Shown here one piece after another: positions 52,994 to 62,231 of a stretch of DNA of 64,000 nucleotides. The notes beneath the pieces are model-generated. The model was not told the origin of the DNA. It saw nothing but the letters and a program-made list of their open reading frames with translations, and did no database searches. The position numbers and the translations under genes are program-made. Source of the DNA: Candidatus Omnitrophota bacterium (lineage in GTDB: Bacteria > Omnitrophota > Gorgyraeia > Zapsychrales > Fredricksoniimonadaceae); the NCBI GenBank assembly GCA_015233145.1, contig JADFYI010000001.1, positions 143,345 to 207,344 on the forward strand, written 5' to 3'. The stretch's first letter is position 1. Each line of letters begins with the position of its first letter.

Positions 52994-53914
52994 ATGAAAA
53001 AATTTCTTATTATTATAGGGATAGCAGTTGTCTTTTTAGCGGGTATCACGATTTTTAAGAATTTTATTATTAAATCCGTGGCCACAACAGTTATTTCTCG
53101 CATCGCCGGTGCGCCGGTGCATATCGACAGCCTTTCATTAAATATTTTCAACTCAACTCTGCGGATCAACGGATTCAAAATTTATAACCCCTTGGGCTTT
53201 CCCAAAGGCATCCTTGTTTCCTGTCCGCGCGTAGATGTGATTTACGATCAAACAACGCTATTTAAAGAAAAAAAGCATCTTTTGGTTGTGAATATTGAAT
53301 TAGCAGAAATGGGGCTTGTCAGGAATAAAGAAGGGAGGCTCAATGTGGATTCGTTAAACGTTGTTGCGTCGAACACAGACCCAGTTCCCATTCAGATTGA
53401 TCTTGTTACCCTGGGGATAGGAAAAATAGTTTATAAGGATTACAGAAACGGCACAGAGCCTGATGTGAGAGTCTACGATGTGAACAAGCATAAAAGTTAT
53501 AAAAGCATCCCGACAGCTCAACAGTTGGTTTTGCTCGTTATGGCAGAACCTATGAGGGCGGCAGGGATAAAAAGTGCCCAGATATATGGTGTTGTGATGC
53601 TGGCGGGAGTGGCTGTTCTTCCGGTGGCTGTCGTGGCCACATTTATAGGAAAAAATAGCGTGCAGCAAAGTGTGGATGTTGGTTTTGAAAAGGTGTACGA
53701 AGTCAGTCTTGGTGTCCTTAAGCGCATGGGCAAAGTTGTAGAAGAGGACCCTCGAAAAGGAAAAATTCAAGCCAATGTCAATGGCGCCGATGTGGCTGTT
53801 CAATTAAAGAGAGTAGGCAACCGGACTGAGGTAATGATTTTTGCCCGAAAATATATGTTCCCCAAGCTGGATATCGCCGGAGGTGTTTTATATCAAATAT
53901 CTGAAAAGTTGTAA
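52994..53914 (+). CDS. Membrane protein, AsmA/DUF748-like N-terminal region plus DUF3568-like C-terminal region (tentative)
   Basis: N-terminal TM, then IDSLSLNIFNSTLRINGFKIYNPLGFPKG...VDVIYD. A second TM follows, then a C-terminal domain of about 90 aa. Domain names are from memory only. Confidence 0.55.
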   Translation: MKKFLIIIGIAVVFLAGITIFKNFIIKSVATTVISRIAGAPVHIDSLSLNIFNSTLRINGFKIYNPLGFPKGILVSCPRVDVIYDQTTLFKEKKHLLVVNIELAEMGLVRNKEGRLNVDSLNVVASNTDPVPIQIDLVTLGIGKIVYKDYRNGTEPDVRVYDVNKHKSYKSIPTAQQLVLLVMAEPMRAAGIKSAQIYGVVMLAGVAVLPVAVVATFIGKNSVQQSVDVGFEKVYEVSLGVLKRMGKVVEEDPRKGKIQANVNGADVAVQLKRVGNRTEVMIFARKYMFPKLDIAGGVLYQISEKL

Positions 53915-54274
53915 TTAAAACAAATTTTATACTTAAAGGGAGTGGTTCTATAGAGTTGATATCTTGAAATATTTGCAGTTAAAAATAGCTCCGACAATAT
54001 ATCGTTTATCGCCTTCTGGTCAGGCGCCCAAAACCTTTCAAGAAAACGATGCCGAGAAAAAGAACGGAATAAGAAAGACGCGTTTGATATTTTTTTTCAT
54101 GGCCGCAAGTCTTCCTCATTAAGCCATTTAGTGGATAAAAGTCAACTAACAGTGGACGTTGTTCATTTACATACCCCAAAGGGAGAGTACATTAAGCACA
54201 TAATATAATTAATAAAATTTAATTATAAGCAGGAAGCCAAGGGTAAAACGTTATTCCTTTGTGAGATAAAAGAG

Positions 54275-55273
54275 ATGGAGAGTCGGGCGATGAACGAATC
54301 CTGGCGTCATCAACGCATACAGTTAGAATTTAAGTTTGCTGGGTTGACCTTATTTAAAGTGCCTTTGGTAACAATGATGCTTAAGGATCATTTCACGACT
54401 TTAAAAAACCCGCAGGAATTGTTGCCGCCTGATATCTATGGAAAAAGGTGGGTCAACTGTTCTTTAATCTCGGCTTATCCTGTTCAAAAACCCCTTGCGC
54501 GGTTACGCATGATTTCCGGATATCTTAGATATTCCGCCTTTCAATATTTTCATTATTACATTGAAATCCAGGGGTCTTTTTCTGATTATCTGCAGAAATT
54601 TTCTCATAAAGCCCGGTACAATCTTTTGCGTACGGTTCGTTTATATAATGAATTTTGTGGAAATCAGAAGCCCTGGAAAGAATATTGCCGTGCAGAAGAA
54701 ATGGATGATTTTTACCATTTAGCCAGCCAGGTTTCTGAAAAAACCTATCAGGAACGGGTTTTGGATGCTGGCCTTCCCAAGGGGTTAAAATTTTTCAAAA
54801 AAATGAAACAGCTTGCCGCCAAGAACGCGGTTTTAGGCTACATCCTTTTTCATGATACAAACCCGGTGGCTTATATCTATTGTATGGTTACCGATAAGTC
54901 TATTGTCAGCTATGCGTATGTCGGGTACGACCCAAAATATGCACCATGGTCACCCGGAAGGGTGCTTTTGTATTACCTTTTAGAAAATCTTTTCAACAAG
55001 GGAGTGCCCTGCATCTTTGATTTTACGCGAGGCGGCGGCCCGGGAGGACACAAGGATTTCTTTTCAAACAACAAGGTCTTGTGTGCGGAACTGTATTATT
55101 TTAAGTGGAGCCTTAGAAATTTTTTTATCATTCTTACTCATATGTGCATTAAGGTTTCGTCGGAATGGTTTACGCGGTTGTTGGTGTTTTTGAACATCAA
55201 AGACAGGTTGGTTCATTTTGTCAAGAACCCTACTTCTGTACGCGCAGCCAAAACAGGAGAAAATGTTCCATGA
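54275..55273 (+). CDS. GNAT/FemAB-like (CelD/BioF2-type) acyltransferase, tentative
   Basis: 332 aa. The FSHKARYNLLRTV and GYILFHDTNPVAYIYC...YVGYDPKY...SPG pattern resembles the CelD/FemAB-like acetyltransferase fold. It sits in a polysaccharide-locus context. Confidence 0.5.
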   Translation: MESRAMNESWRHQRIQLEFKFAGLTLFKVPLVTMMLKDHFTTLKNPQELLPPDIYGKRWVNCSLISAYPVQKPLARLRMISGYLRYSAFQYFHYYIEIQGSFSDYLQKFSHKARYNLLRTVRLYNEFCGNQKPWKEYCRAEEMDDFYHLASQVSEKTYQERVLDAGLPKGLKFFKKMKQLAAKNAVLGYILFHDTNPVAYIYCMVTDKSIVSYAYVGYDPKYAPWSPGRVLLYYLLENLFNKGVPCIFDFTRGGGPGGHKDFFSNNKVLCAELYYFKWSLRNFFIILTHMCIKVSSEWFTRLLVFLNIKDRLVHFVKNPTSVRAAKTGENVP

Positions 55274-56148
55274 CAATGTTTTCGATCTTAATTCTGTCTG
55301 CTATCCAGGGCGTCACTGAATTGCTGCCGGTTTCCAGTTCAGCGCATGTCATTGTAGCCGCAAGGCTCATGGGGTTTGACCCGGCCAGTCCTTCAATGAC
55401 ATTTTTTTTAGTCATGCTGCATACGGGAACCATGTTCGCGGTTATTGTTTTTTTCTGGAAAGCGTGGAAAGATACCCTATTTTTCTCCCGTACGTCCTTG
55501 CGGGAAAGCCTGAAACTTATTTTTGCTGCGACTTTCTTTACTTCACTCGTCGCGGTGGTTTTGAAATATTTGGTTGAGAAGTTCTTTTTTAAAAATGTGC
55601 TTCACGCCGAAGTCGAAAATTTATTCGGCAATCTTGGCTTGATCTCGGTCGCTCTCGCCGCTGTTGGGTTTTTGATCTTGGCTGCCGGATGGATCAGGTT
55701 AAGGACGCCTCAGGAAAAGGCATCTTTGGGGGCCATTTCCGCTTGTGTGATCGGTGCGGTTCAGGGAATTTGCCTGCCGTTTAGGGGTTTTTCCCGCTCC
55801 GGGGCAACAATATCCACAGGGCTTCTTTTAGGGATTTCCCAAAAAAAGGCTGAAGAGTTTAGCTTTGCCCTTGCCGTTATTCTGACTCCACCCATTATCA
55901 TTCGGGAAGTTTGGAGATTATTAAAGGCAGAGCAGTCAGCTATGTTTAGCAGGACAGATATGTTTCATTTATTCTTTCCTGGATTATTAGGAATGGCCAT
56001 GAGTTTCGTTTTTGGGCTTTTAGCCCTTCAATGGCTTTCCAATTGGCTCGAGCGCGGCCGTTGGTCCTGGTTTGGCATCTATTGTTTATGCGCTGCGGCG
56101 GGGGTGTATTTTTTAAATGTTTACGATAATAAGATCCCATTAGTTTAG
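55270..56148 (+). CDS. uppP: Undecaprenyl-diphosphate phosphatase
   Basis: ILSAIQGVTELLPVSSSAHVIV and FRGFSRSGATISTGLLLG motifs. The start is set at ATG 55270 (ATGA overlap with the upstream stop). Confidence 0.9.
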   Translation: MTMFSILILSAIQGVTELLPVSSSAHVIVAARLMGFDPASPSMTFFLVMLHTGTMFAVIVFFWKAWKDTLFFSRTSLRESLKLIFAATFFTSLVAVVLKYLVEKFFFKNVLHAEVENLFGNLGLISVALAAVGFLILAAGWIRLRTPQEKASLGAISACVIGAVQGICLPFRGFSRSGATISTGLLLGISQKKAEEFSFALAVILTPPIIIREVWRLLKAEQSAMFSRTDMFHLFFPGLLGMAMSFVFGLLALQWLSNWLERGRWSWFGIYCLCAAAGVYFLNVYDNKIPLV

Positions 56149-56215
56149 AAAATGAAAGTTAATGGCACGAAAGAAGACTGATAGGTAACGTTTTAAAAAA
56201 TTGAGGAGGTGGTGG

Positions 56216-57346
56216 ATGAGGGATTTGCCACGGATGAGGTTGTTTTTCATGGTCATGGCAGGGATGACGCTATATTCAGCGAGTGCGTGGGCGTATAAAG
56301 TTGGTGATTTTGAAATCAAGCCCCTTGGCTCAATCAGTGAAGGATATGATGACAATATGACCTCTGTAAAGTCGGGGAAAATAAGCGACCTTTTTACAGA
56401 TATTACCGGTGGCGTTAATGTTTCAGCTGAAGGCAAGGAGCAGAGTTTGTCGCTTTCTGGCGCTCTTAGTCGAAAGTTCTTTAACAGCAAGCATCGCTAT
56501 GATTATACGTCTGAAAATATCGACCTCGATTACAAGCATGATTTGTCGCAGTTCGGGAGGATTCATGCCGTAGATTCTTTCATTCATTCCGAGGATCCGG
56601 GCAGCCTGGCCGATGCTTTCGGAAGGGCAACCGGACGTTTTCAGTATTTTCTCAACCGTTTTGATCTGGATTACACTCATGAGTTTTCCTCCCAATCCAG
56701 CCTGACGGTAGGTTACGCAAACGAGGCTTATAATCCCTCTGGCAGTGACCAGGCCTCTTCCATGTTAAATTCCATTAGTCTTAAAAAAGACTATTCTTTA
56801 AGTTCAGCAGATATTGTTTCAGGGGTCTATTCTTTTTCACAGCGAACATTTGATCCCGGCGGGCATATTGATTCCAATACCTTTGACCTTGGATTGCGCC
56901 ATTTTTTAACAAAACAGCTCTATCTTGATTTACTGCCTGGCATCGGTTATGTCTCTGACGGGAAAAGTTTTCTTTCTGCGCGTTATGAGGCGTCTATCAC
57001 TAATAATGTCAGTGAAAAGACCAGCGCCAAGCTGTCTTTTGTTGACCGCAGTGAATCCAATTACAGTACGGATGATATTTTCAGTTACTGGCGCGTCAGT
57101 TTTGACATCATGCATGAAATTCGTGAGCGTCTGGGGGTTGTTATCGGGCTTTTTTATGGCGATGGGCGTTATCATGCCGCAGACACAAGAGACAAGTTCA
57201 ACGGCGTCAATGCCCGATTAAATTATGAAATTTCAAAGGATGTGACCGGGTTTATATCTTTGACACGAACGCAGACAGTTTCAAACATAGAAACGAATGA
57301 TTATATCCGCGATGTGACCATGCTGGGGTTTCAGATAAAGTTTTGA
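56216..57346 (+). CDS. Outer-membrane beta-barrel protein associated with the polysaccharide locus
   Basis: GAGGAGG RBS and signal peptide MRLFFMVMAGMTLYSASAWA. Alternating beta-strand pattern. C-terminal LGFQIKF. Confidence 0.6.
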   Translation: MRDLPRMRLFFMVMAGMTLYSASAWAYKVGDFEIKPLGSISEGYDDNMTSVKSGKISDLFTDITGGVNVSAEGKEQSLSLSGALSRKFFNSKHRYDYTSENIDLDYKHDLSQFGRIHAVDSFIHSEDPGSLADAFGRATGRFQYFLNRFDLDYTHEFSSQSSLTVGYANEAYNPSGSDQASSMLNSISLKKDYSLSSADIVSGVYSFSQRTFDPGGHIDSNTFDLGLRHFLTKQLYLDLLPGIGYVSDGKSFLSARYEASITNNVSEKTSAKLSFVDRSESNYSTDDIFSYWRVSFDIMHEIRERLGVVIGLFYGDGRYHAADTRDKFNGVNARLNYEISKDVTGFISLTRTQTVSNIETNDYIRDVTMLGFQIKF

Positions 57347-57369
57347 AGTTATAAATTTGGACAAACAAT

Positions 57370-58776
57370 ATGTTTAAAGAATACAGTTCATTCCTCAGGC
57401 GCTTGATGATCCTTGTCGATCTTGTCATCGTATATTGGTCATTTTTACTGGCTTATGCTTGGCGTCTGACATCGGATGTTTACTATCCTTTATCGGCTTA
57501 CTCCTGGCCTTTTTTATACCTGGTGATCATTTGGGCCGCTTGTCTTTTTTATTTGGGCATGTATGAATCGTTTCGTTTAAAGAGGATCAGGGATATTCTG
57601 CTCATCATTTATCAGACATTTACCATTGGTTTCTTTCTTTTTACAGCTGTTTGTTACCTGGCACGCACCGTGCACGTGGCCAGGGCCCTGACCCTCGTGA
57701 CGTTTGGCCTCGCGGCGATCTTTATTGCCGCTGAAAAAATAATTCTGATTTATATTTTCAGGCATTTTAGAAGGAAAGGTGTCAATTATCATAACGTTCT
57801 CATTGTGGGTACGGGAGCACGCGCGCAGCGCCTGATTGATTCTTTTGACGAGAACCGCGAGCTTGGCCTTAAGGTGCTCGGCATCCTGGATATGGAAAAA
57901 GAAAAGATTGGCCAGACCGTCCATGGCCACCGTGTCCTTGGCACCTTAAATGACCTCCCAAGAATTACCAAGGAATTTATTATTGACCAGGTATTTTTTG
58001 TGGTTCCCCGCGACTGGCTGGGGCAGATTGAACTGGCCATTCTTTACCTGGAAAAACTCGGAATCAGTTCCCATGTGGCGATTGATCACTTCAATGTTGT
58101 GTTTGCCAGGGCCAGGCAAAGCGAATATTTTAACATCCCATTTTTAACCCTGGAAACCACACCTGATGATCTGTTTCAACTGTTGATCAAACGACTGATG
58201 GACATTTTTTTGTCCACTGTCGCTCTTATCGTGCTTTCGCCGATCATGGCTATCACAGCTATCCTGGTTAAAATGACTTCTGAGGGGCCTGTTTTCTTTA
58301 CTCAGAAACGCGTGAGCGTGAACGGAAGGATTTTTAATCTGTTCAAGTTCCGCACCATGGTCAAGGATGCCGAATCCAGGCTGGCGCAGCTCAAAAACCT
58401 GAATGAAATGAAAGGCCCTGTTTTTAAAATTGATAAAGACCCCCGGATTACCCCTATTGGAGATTTTTTAAGAAAGGCCAGTATTGATGAGCTTCCGCAG
58501 TTGTGGAACGTGCTTAAGGGCGATATGAGCCTTGTGGGCCCCAGGCCGCCGATCCCCAGCGAAGTTTCACAATATAACGACTGGCATCGCCGCAGGCTGA
58601 GCATGCGTCCGGGGATTACCTGCCTGTGGCAGGTGGGGGGGCGCAACCGCATTACGGATTTCGATGAATGGGCCAAGCTGGACCTGGAATATATCGATCA
58701 TTGGTCGTTATGGCTGGATGTGAAGATTCTTTTAAAAACCATTCCTGTTGTTTTATTACGTGTGGGGGCGAAATAA
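57370..58776 (+). CDS. Polyprenyl-phosphate glycosyl-1-phosphate transferase (WbaP/EpsB-type priming enzyme)
   Basis: Four N-terminal TMs, a central Rossmann-like region (VLIVGTGARAQ), and a C-terminal sugar-transferase domain (KRLMDIFLS, GPVFFTQKRVS, FKFRTM, DELPQLWNVLKGDMSLVGPRP). Confidence 0.88.
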   Translation: MFKEYSSFLRRLMILVDLVIVYWSFLLAYAWRLTSDVYYPLSAYSWPFLYLVIIWAACLFYLGMYESFRLKRIRDILLIIYQTFTIGFFLFTAVCYLARTVHVARALTLVTFGLAAIFIAAEKIILIYIFRHFRRKGVNYHNVLIVGTGARAQRLIDSFDENRELGLKVLGILDMEKEKIGQTVHGHRVLGTLNDLPRITKEFIIDQVFFVVPRDWLGQIELAILYLEKLGISSHVAIDHFNVVFARARQSEYFNIPFLTLETTPDDLFQLLIKRLMDIFLSTVALIVLSPIMAITAILVKMTSEGPVFFTQKRVSVNGRIFNLFKFRTMVKDAESRLAQLKNLNEMKGPVFKIDKDPRITPIGDFLRKASIDELPQLWNVLKGDMSLVGPRPPIPSEVSQYNDWHRRRLSMRPGITCLWQVGGRNRITDFDEWAKLDLEYIDHWSLWLDVKILLKTIPVVLLRVGAK

Positions 58777-58794
58777 TATGAGGATTAAAAAACT

Positions 58795-59391
58795 ATGAAA
58801 ACTTTTCTTTGGACATTTATGGTTATGGGGGCGCTTTGCAATGTTTTTCCCGCCTTTGCGCAGACAAGTGATTCAGCGCCTTTAGACGATCGGGGATACC
58901 TCGTCGGAATCAATGATGTCCTTCAAATTGATATCCTTGAACCGGAAGTGATTACCCGCCTTGAACGTGTTGCCCCTGATGGGAAGATAACTTTTCCCTA
59001 CATTGGCAGCGTTGCGGTTCAGGGCCTGGATGTTCCGCATATTCAAAAAAAGATACAAGATGAGCTGGGGAATGGTTATTTGAAATTCCCGGTCGTGCAG
59101 GTATCGCTCAAGGAATCGAATTCCAAACAATACATGGTTTATGGCGAGGTTAACCATCCCGGCGCTTATCCCCTTGAAGAATACAGCACAGTGATGCGCG
59201 CGATCTCAATTGCCGGCGGTTTTACCAAGTTTGGTTCTTCCTCGCGCGTCAAGGTTTTGAGGCCAAGGCCCGCGGATAAAGGATACGACACCATCAGGAT
59301 TGATATGGATCGGGTGATGGGGGGAGATTCAAAACAGGATACCAAACTTAGCGCCGGAGACATGGTGGTGGTATCAGAAGGGGTGTTTTAA
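58795..59391 (+). CDS. Periplasmic polysaccharide export protein (Wza-like Poly_export + SLBB, short form)
   Basis: Signal peptide, YLVGINDVLQIDI, ERVAPDGKITFPYIGSVAVQGL, V.GEVNHPGAYPL. Confidence 0.8.
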   Translation: MKTFLWTFMVMGALCNVFPAFAQTSDSAPLDDRGYLVGINDVLQIDILEPEVITRLERVAPDGKITFPYIGSVAVQGLDVPHIQKKIQDELGNGYLKFPVVQVSLKESNSKQYMVYGEVNHPGAYPLEEYSTVMRAISIAGGFTKFGSSSRVKVLRPRPADKGYDTIRIDMDRVMGGDSKQDTKLSAGDMVVVSEGVF

Positions 59392-60998
59392 TGGAAGAGA
59401 CAACTTATCAGCAGAATGAAAACGGCTTTACGTTGAGGGATTATATTCATGTGCTTTTCCGCCAGAAGGATGTTGTCCTTTTGAGCATGATCATTGTGAT
59501 GACGATTGTTTTTTTAGGTTTAAAAATGGAAACCAAACAATATGAGGCCTCGGTTAAAATGCTGATCACGGCCTCCAAATCAGTGGAATCGCCTTTTTAT
59601 AAAGAAGCGAACCAGTCCAGAAACGTTGAGCAAACACTCACCCAAAGTGAGATTGTAAAGTCCGATCCTGTTTTAGCGCGTGTGGTCATGGCGCAAGGCC
59701 TTGTTAATCGGCCGTTGGATGATGAGAAGCGTTATGCCTCGTCTTTGAAGGCCAGGGTTATCAATCTTAAAATGAGGATGTTAAAGCGCAAGTTGAATGA
59801 ACTTTCTGTGGCGCAGAAAGAAGCGTTTCTTTTTCGGCGTGCCATTGAGAATTTAAAGATCAGCATCCGTGTTGAGCCCATCCGCGATTCGGATATATTC
59901 ACGATCACGGTCAAGGATTATGATCCTGGCGAAGCCGCCATTTTAGCCAATGTTGTGAGCCGGGCTTATGTTATTTATGACCTGGAACAACAGATGGCGG
60001 AATTGCGCCTCAAATACGGTGACAAGCACCCCAAAGTCAAGTATTTGCAGGATAATATTGAAAAAATGGCCCAGAACCTGGATGGCCGGAACTTGTCGGA
60101 TATTGACGCGATCGGCACGGCCAGTGTCAAGATCGTGGCGCAGGCCTACATCCCTCTTGAGCCCACGGGTGCTTCAAAATTGTTGATTTTTATCATGGCG
60201 GTCATTATGAGCCTTTTTGCAGGAGTGATCCTGGCCTTTATTTTTGAATATTCGGACCAGGCCATCAAAAACCCCCGGGATATTGAAAGAGCGCTCGACA
60301 TCCCTTATATCGGTTCAGTGAGACGCAAGCGGTTTTTTAACAGAGTCCTTGTTAATTTTAAGAAGAAAAGATTGTCTGCTTACGGCCATTCTTACAGGTC
60401 TTTAAGCGAGCATTTGTACCTTCTGATGAAGGATAAAGCCGTAGCGTCTCTGATGATATCTTCAACTCTTGAAATGGAAGACAGCTCTGCCGTGTCTGGA
60501 AATTTGGCCAATTATTTCAGTGAAGTCCTTAAACGAAAAGTCCTTTTAGTTGATGCCGACCCTCACCGGCCTTTCCTGCACCGGCTGTTTAATGTCGGCA
60601 ATGAAAAAGGTTTCGTGGATTGCCTGGAGGGAACCGCGGAAATAAAAGATGCGGCCCATGCTGTGACGGAAAATTTGTCTGTTTTGACGGCAGGGAAGAC
60701 CGCTTTAAGCTCAATCATTCTTTTTGATCCCCTTAAAATAGAAAGGGTTATTAACGCTGCAAAAACCCGTTACGATTTTATTATTTTTCGTTCTTCTTCC
60801 ACCCGTAGCCATAAAGACCCCTCGGTTCTGGTCAGGCATGTTGACGGGCTGTTAGCTGTTGTTGAGGAAGGAAAGGTCCGCAAGCACGTTTTTGTAAACG
60901 CATTCAGTGATCTCAAGGGAAAGGCCAGGCATACTTTAGGTGTCATTTTGATCAACCGAACCTACCCCATCCCAGGGTTCATTTACGAACGTGTTTGA
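59391..60998 (+). CDS. Polysaccharide co-polymerase (Wzz/GumC-type) with degenerate BY-kinase-like C-terminal domain
   Basis: N-terminal Wzz motif (LRDYIHVLFRQKDVVLLSMIIV), a coiled-coil periplasmic region, and a second TM. The C-terminal P-loop-NTPase-like domain has VLLVDADPHRP conserved, but the Walker A position reads ISSTLEMEDSS and the Walker B position reads FIIFRSSS. Confidence 0.72.
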   Translation: MEETTYQQNENGFTLRDYIHVLFRQKDVVLLSMIIVMTIVFLGLKMETKQYEASVKMLITASKSVESPFYKEANQSRNVEQTLTQSEIVKSDPVLARVVMAQGLVNRPLDDEKRYASSLKARVINLKMRMLKRKLNELSVAQKEAFLFRRAIENLKISIRVEPIRDSDIFTITVKDYDPGEAAILANVVSRAYVIYDLEQQMAELRLKYGDKHPKVKYLQDNIEKMAQNLDGRNLSDIDAIGTASVKIVAQAYIPLEPTGASKLLIFIMAVIMSLFAGVILAFIFEYSDQAIKNPRDIERALDIPYIGSVRRKRFFNRVLVNFKKKRLSAYGHSYRSLSEHLYLLMKDKAVASLMISSTLEMEDSSAVSGNLANYFSEVLKRKVLLVDADPHRPFLHRLFNVGNEKGFVDCLEGTAEIKDAAHAVTENLSVLTAGKTALSSIILFDPLKIERVINAAKTRYDFIIFRSSSTRSHKDPSVLVRHVDGLLAVVEEGKVRKHVFVNAFSDLKGKARHTLGVILINRTYPIPGFIYERV

Positions 60999-61075
60999 TG
61001 CCTTATTCTGTAAGTAAGAGTATTAAACAGCCGACAAATTAACGGCGTTTTAGGATAAAGATTGGCAGGAGGCGC

Positions 61076-62230
61076 ATGGGAAAATATAACAATTGGTATT
61101 TTTATTTAATTGCCAAGGCTTACAGGATTTTTATTCGCATGCTCATAGCACCTTTGGTGACCTGGAAAAGCCAGTCAAGCGTGGAAGATGGCTGTACAGC
61201 AATCATCGGACTTTGCAGTAGCCTGCCTTGGATTTTGCCTGCCAATTTACGTGGCCTCCGGCTGGCCAAATGGCCGGAATTAAAAGAGGTCATTATTGTT
61301 GTTGATCGCTTCAGGGATGATTTCTTTGCCTCCTTCGAAGAAGGAATGATGAAGGAGTTTAAAGATCTCAATATCCGTTTTATTTATTATGGCTTTTTCC
61401 AAAAGACAATGGCAGACATCTTGAAATTGCCTTATGTCAATTCCTGGCTTTCCTGGTGTATCGCGATCAGGGAAACAAAAACATCATCTTTTTTTATCCA
61501 GGATTATGACGCCCTTTTGTTAGGCGATGTTCTTTCCGCCAGATATTTAGATTTCAAAGAATCGAAATCTGTTTTTTATGCTGTTTCCTGGTACGGGGAG
61601 GCGAATGGAATTGTTAAAAGCGATAACCTGGGTGTGACATTTGAAGCTTTTGTAGACACGTCCTGGGCAAGGTCTCAAAAGGCTATTCAAATATTTAACA
61701 GGATAGGGTTGATCAATGATCGCCCGGTTGATTTTGACACTTTTTTGTATTTACAGTCCCGCTATTCTGATATCAGCCAGCGCAAGGCCGTAGCCATGAC
61801 GGATGGCGGGTTGGTTCATCCCAGTCAGATGATTTCCCAGTATACCGTATACAAGAGGCGCCCAGGGCATCCCTGGGATTGCTCAGCGCTGGTCATGATT
61901 CCGTTTTTTTACTACGTTTCAGGACAGCAGGATATTTTTCGTAAGGCTCTCATGAATATCCGTTCTCGAAAAGGGATGGTCATTGAGCTTTTGGCAGACG
62001 GCTGCCTGATGAACTTTGAAAATTTAGAAACCGAGCATTTGAACAGGATTCTTGATCTTATCCTGCAGGGTTTTGGGGGATTGGGGATCCCCTTGTTTGA
62101 AGATTTTTACAATTATGGAAACGCATTTTACGATCTTATTGAAACACCAGCACAAAAAAGATTGAATTTCTTTAAGACAGACCATTCCAATTCAGGCAGT
62201 TGTTTTCCGTTGCCGGTTGCGGAGAGATAA
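61076..62230 (+). CDS. Hypothetical protein in the polysaccharide locus (possible unclassified glycosyltransferase)
   Basis: 384 aa, soluble-looking. VIIVVDRFRDD and FFIQDYDALLLGD (DxD-like) hint at a GT-A fold. I recognise no family. Confidence 0.4.
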   Translation: MGKYNNWYFYLIAKAYRIFIRMLIAPLVTWKSQSSVEDGCTAIIGLCSSLPWILPANLRGLRLAKWPELKEVIIVVDRFRDDFFASFEEGMMKEFKDLNIRFIYYGFFQKTMADILKLPYVNSWLSWCIAIRETKTSSFFIQDYDALLLGDVLSARYLDFKESKSVFYAVSWYGEANGIVKSDNLGVTFEAFVDTSWARSQKAIQIFNRIGLINDRPVDFDTFLYLQSRYSDISQRKAVAMTDGGLVHPSQMISQYTVYKRRPGHPWDCSALVMIPFFYYVSGQQDIFRKALMNIRSRKGMVIELLADGCLMNFENLETEHLNRILDLILQGFGGLGIPLFEDFYNYGNAFYDLIETPAQKRLNFFKTDHSNSGSCFPLPVAER

Positions 62231-62231
62231 G

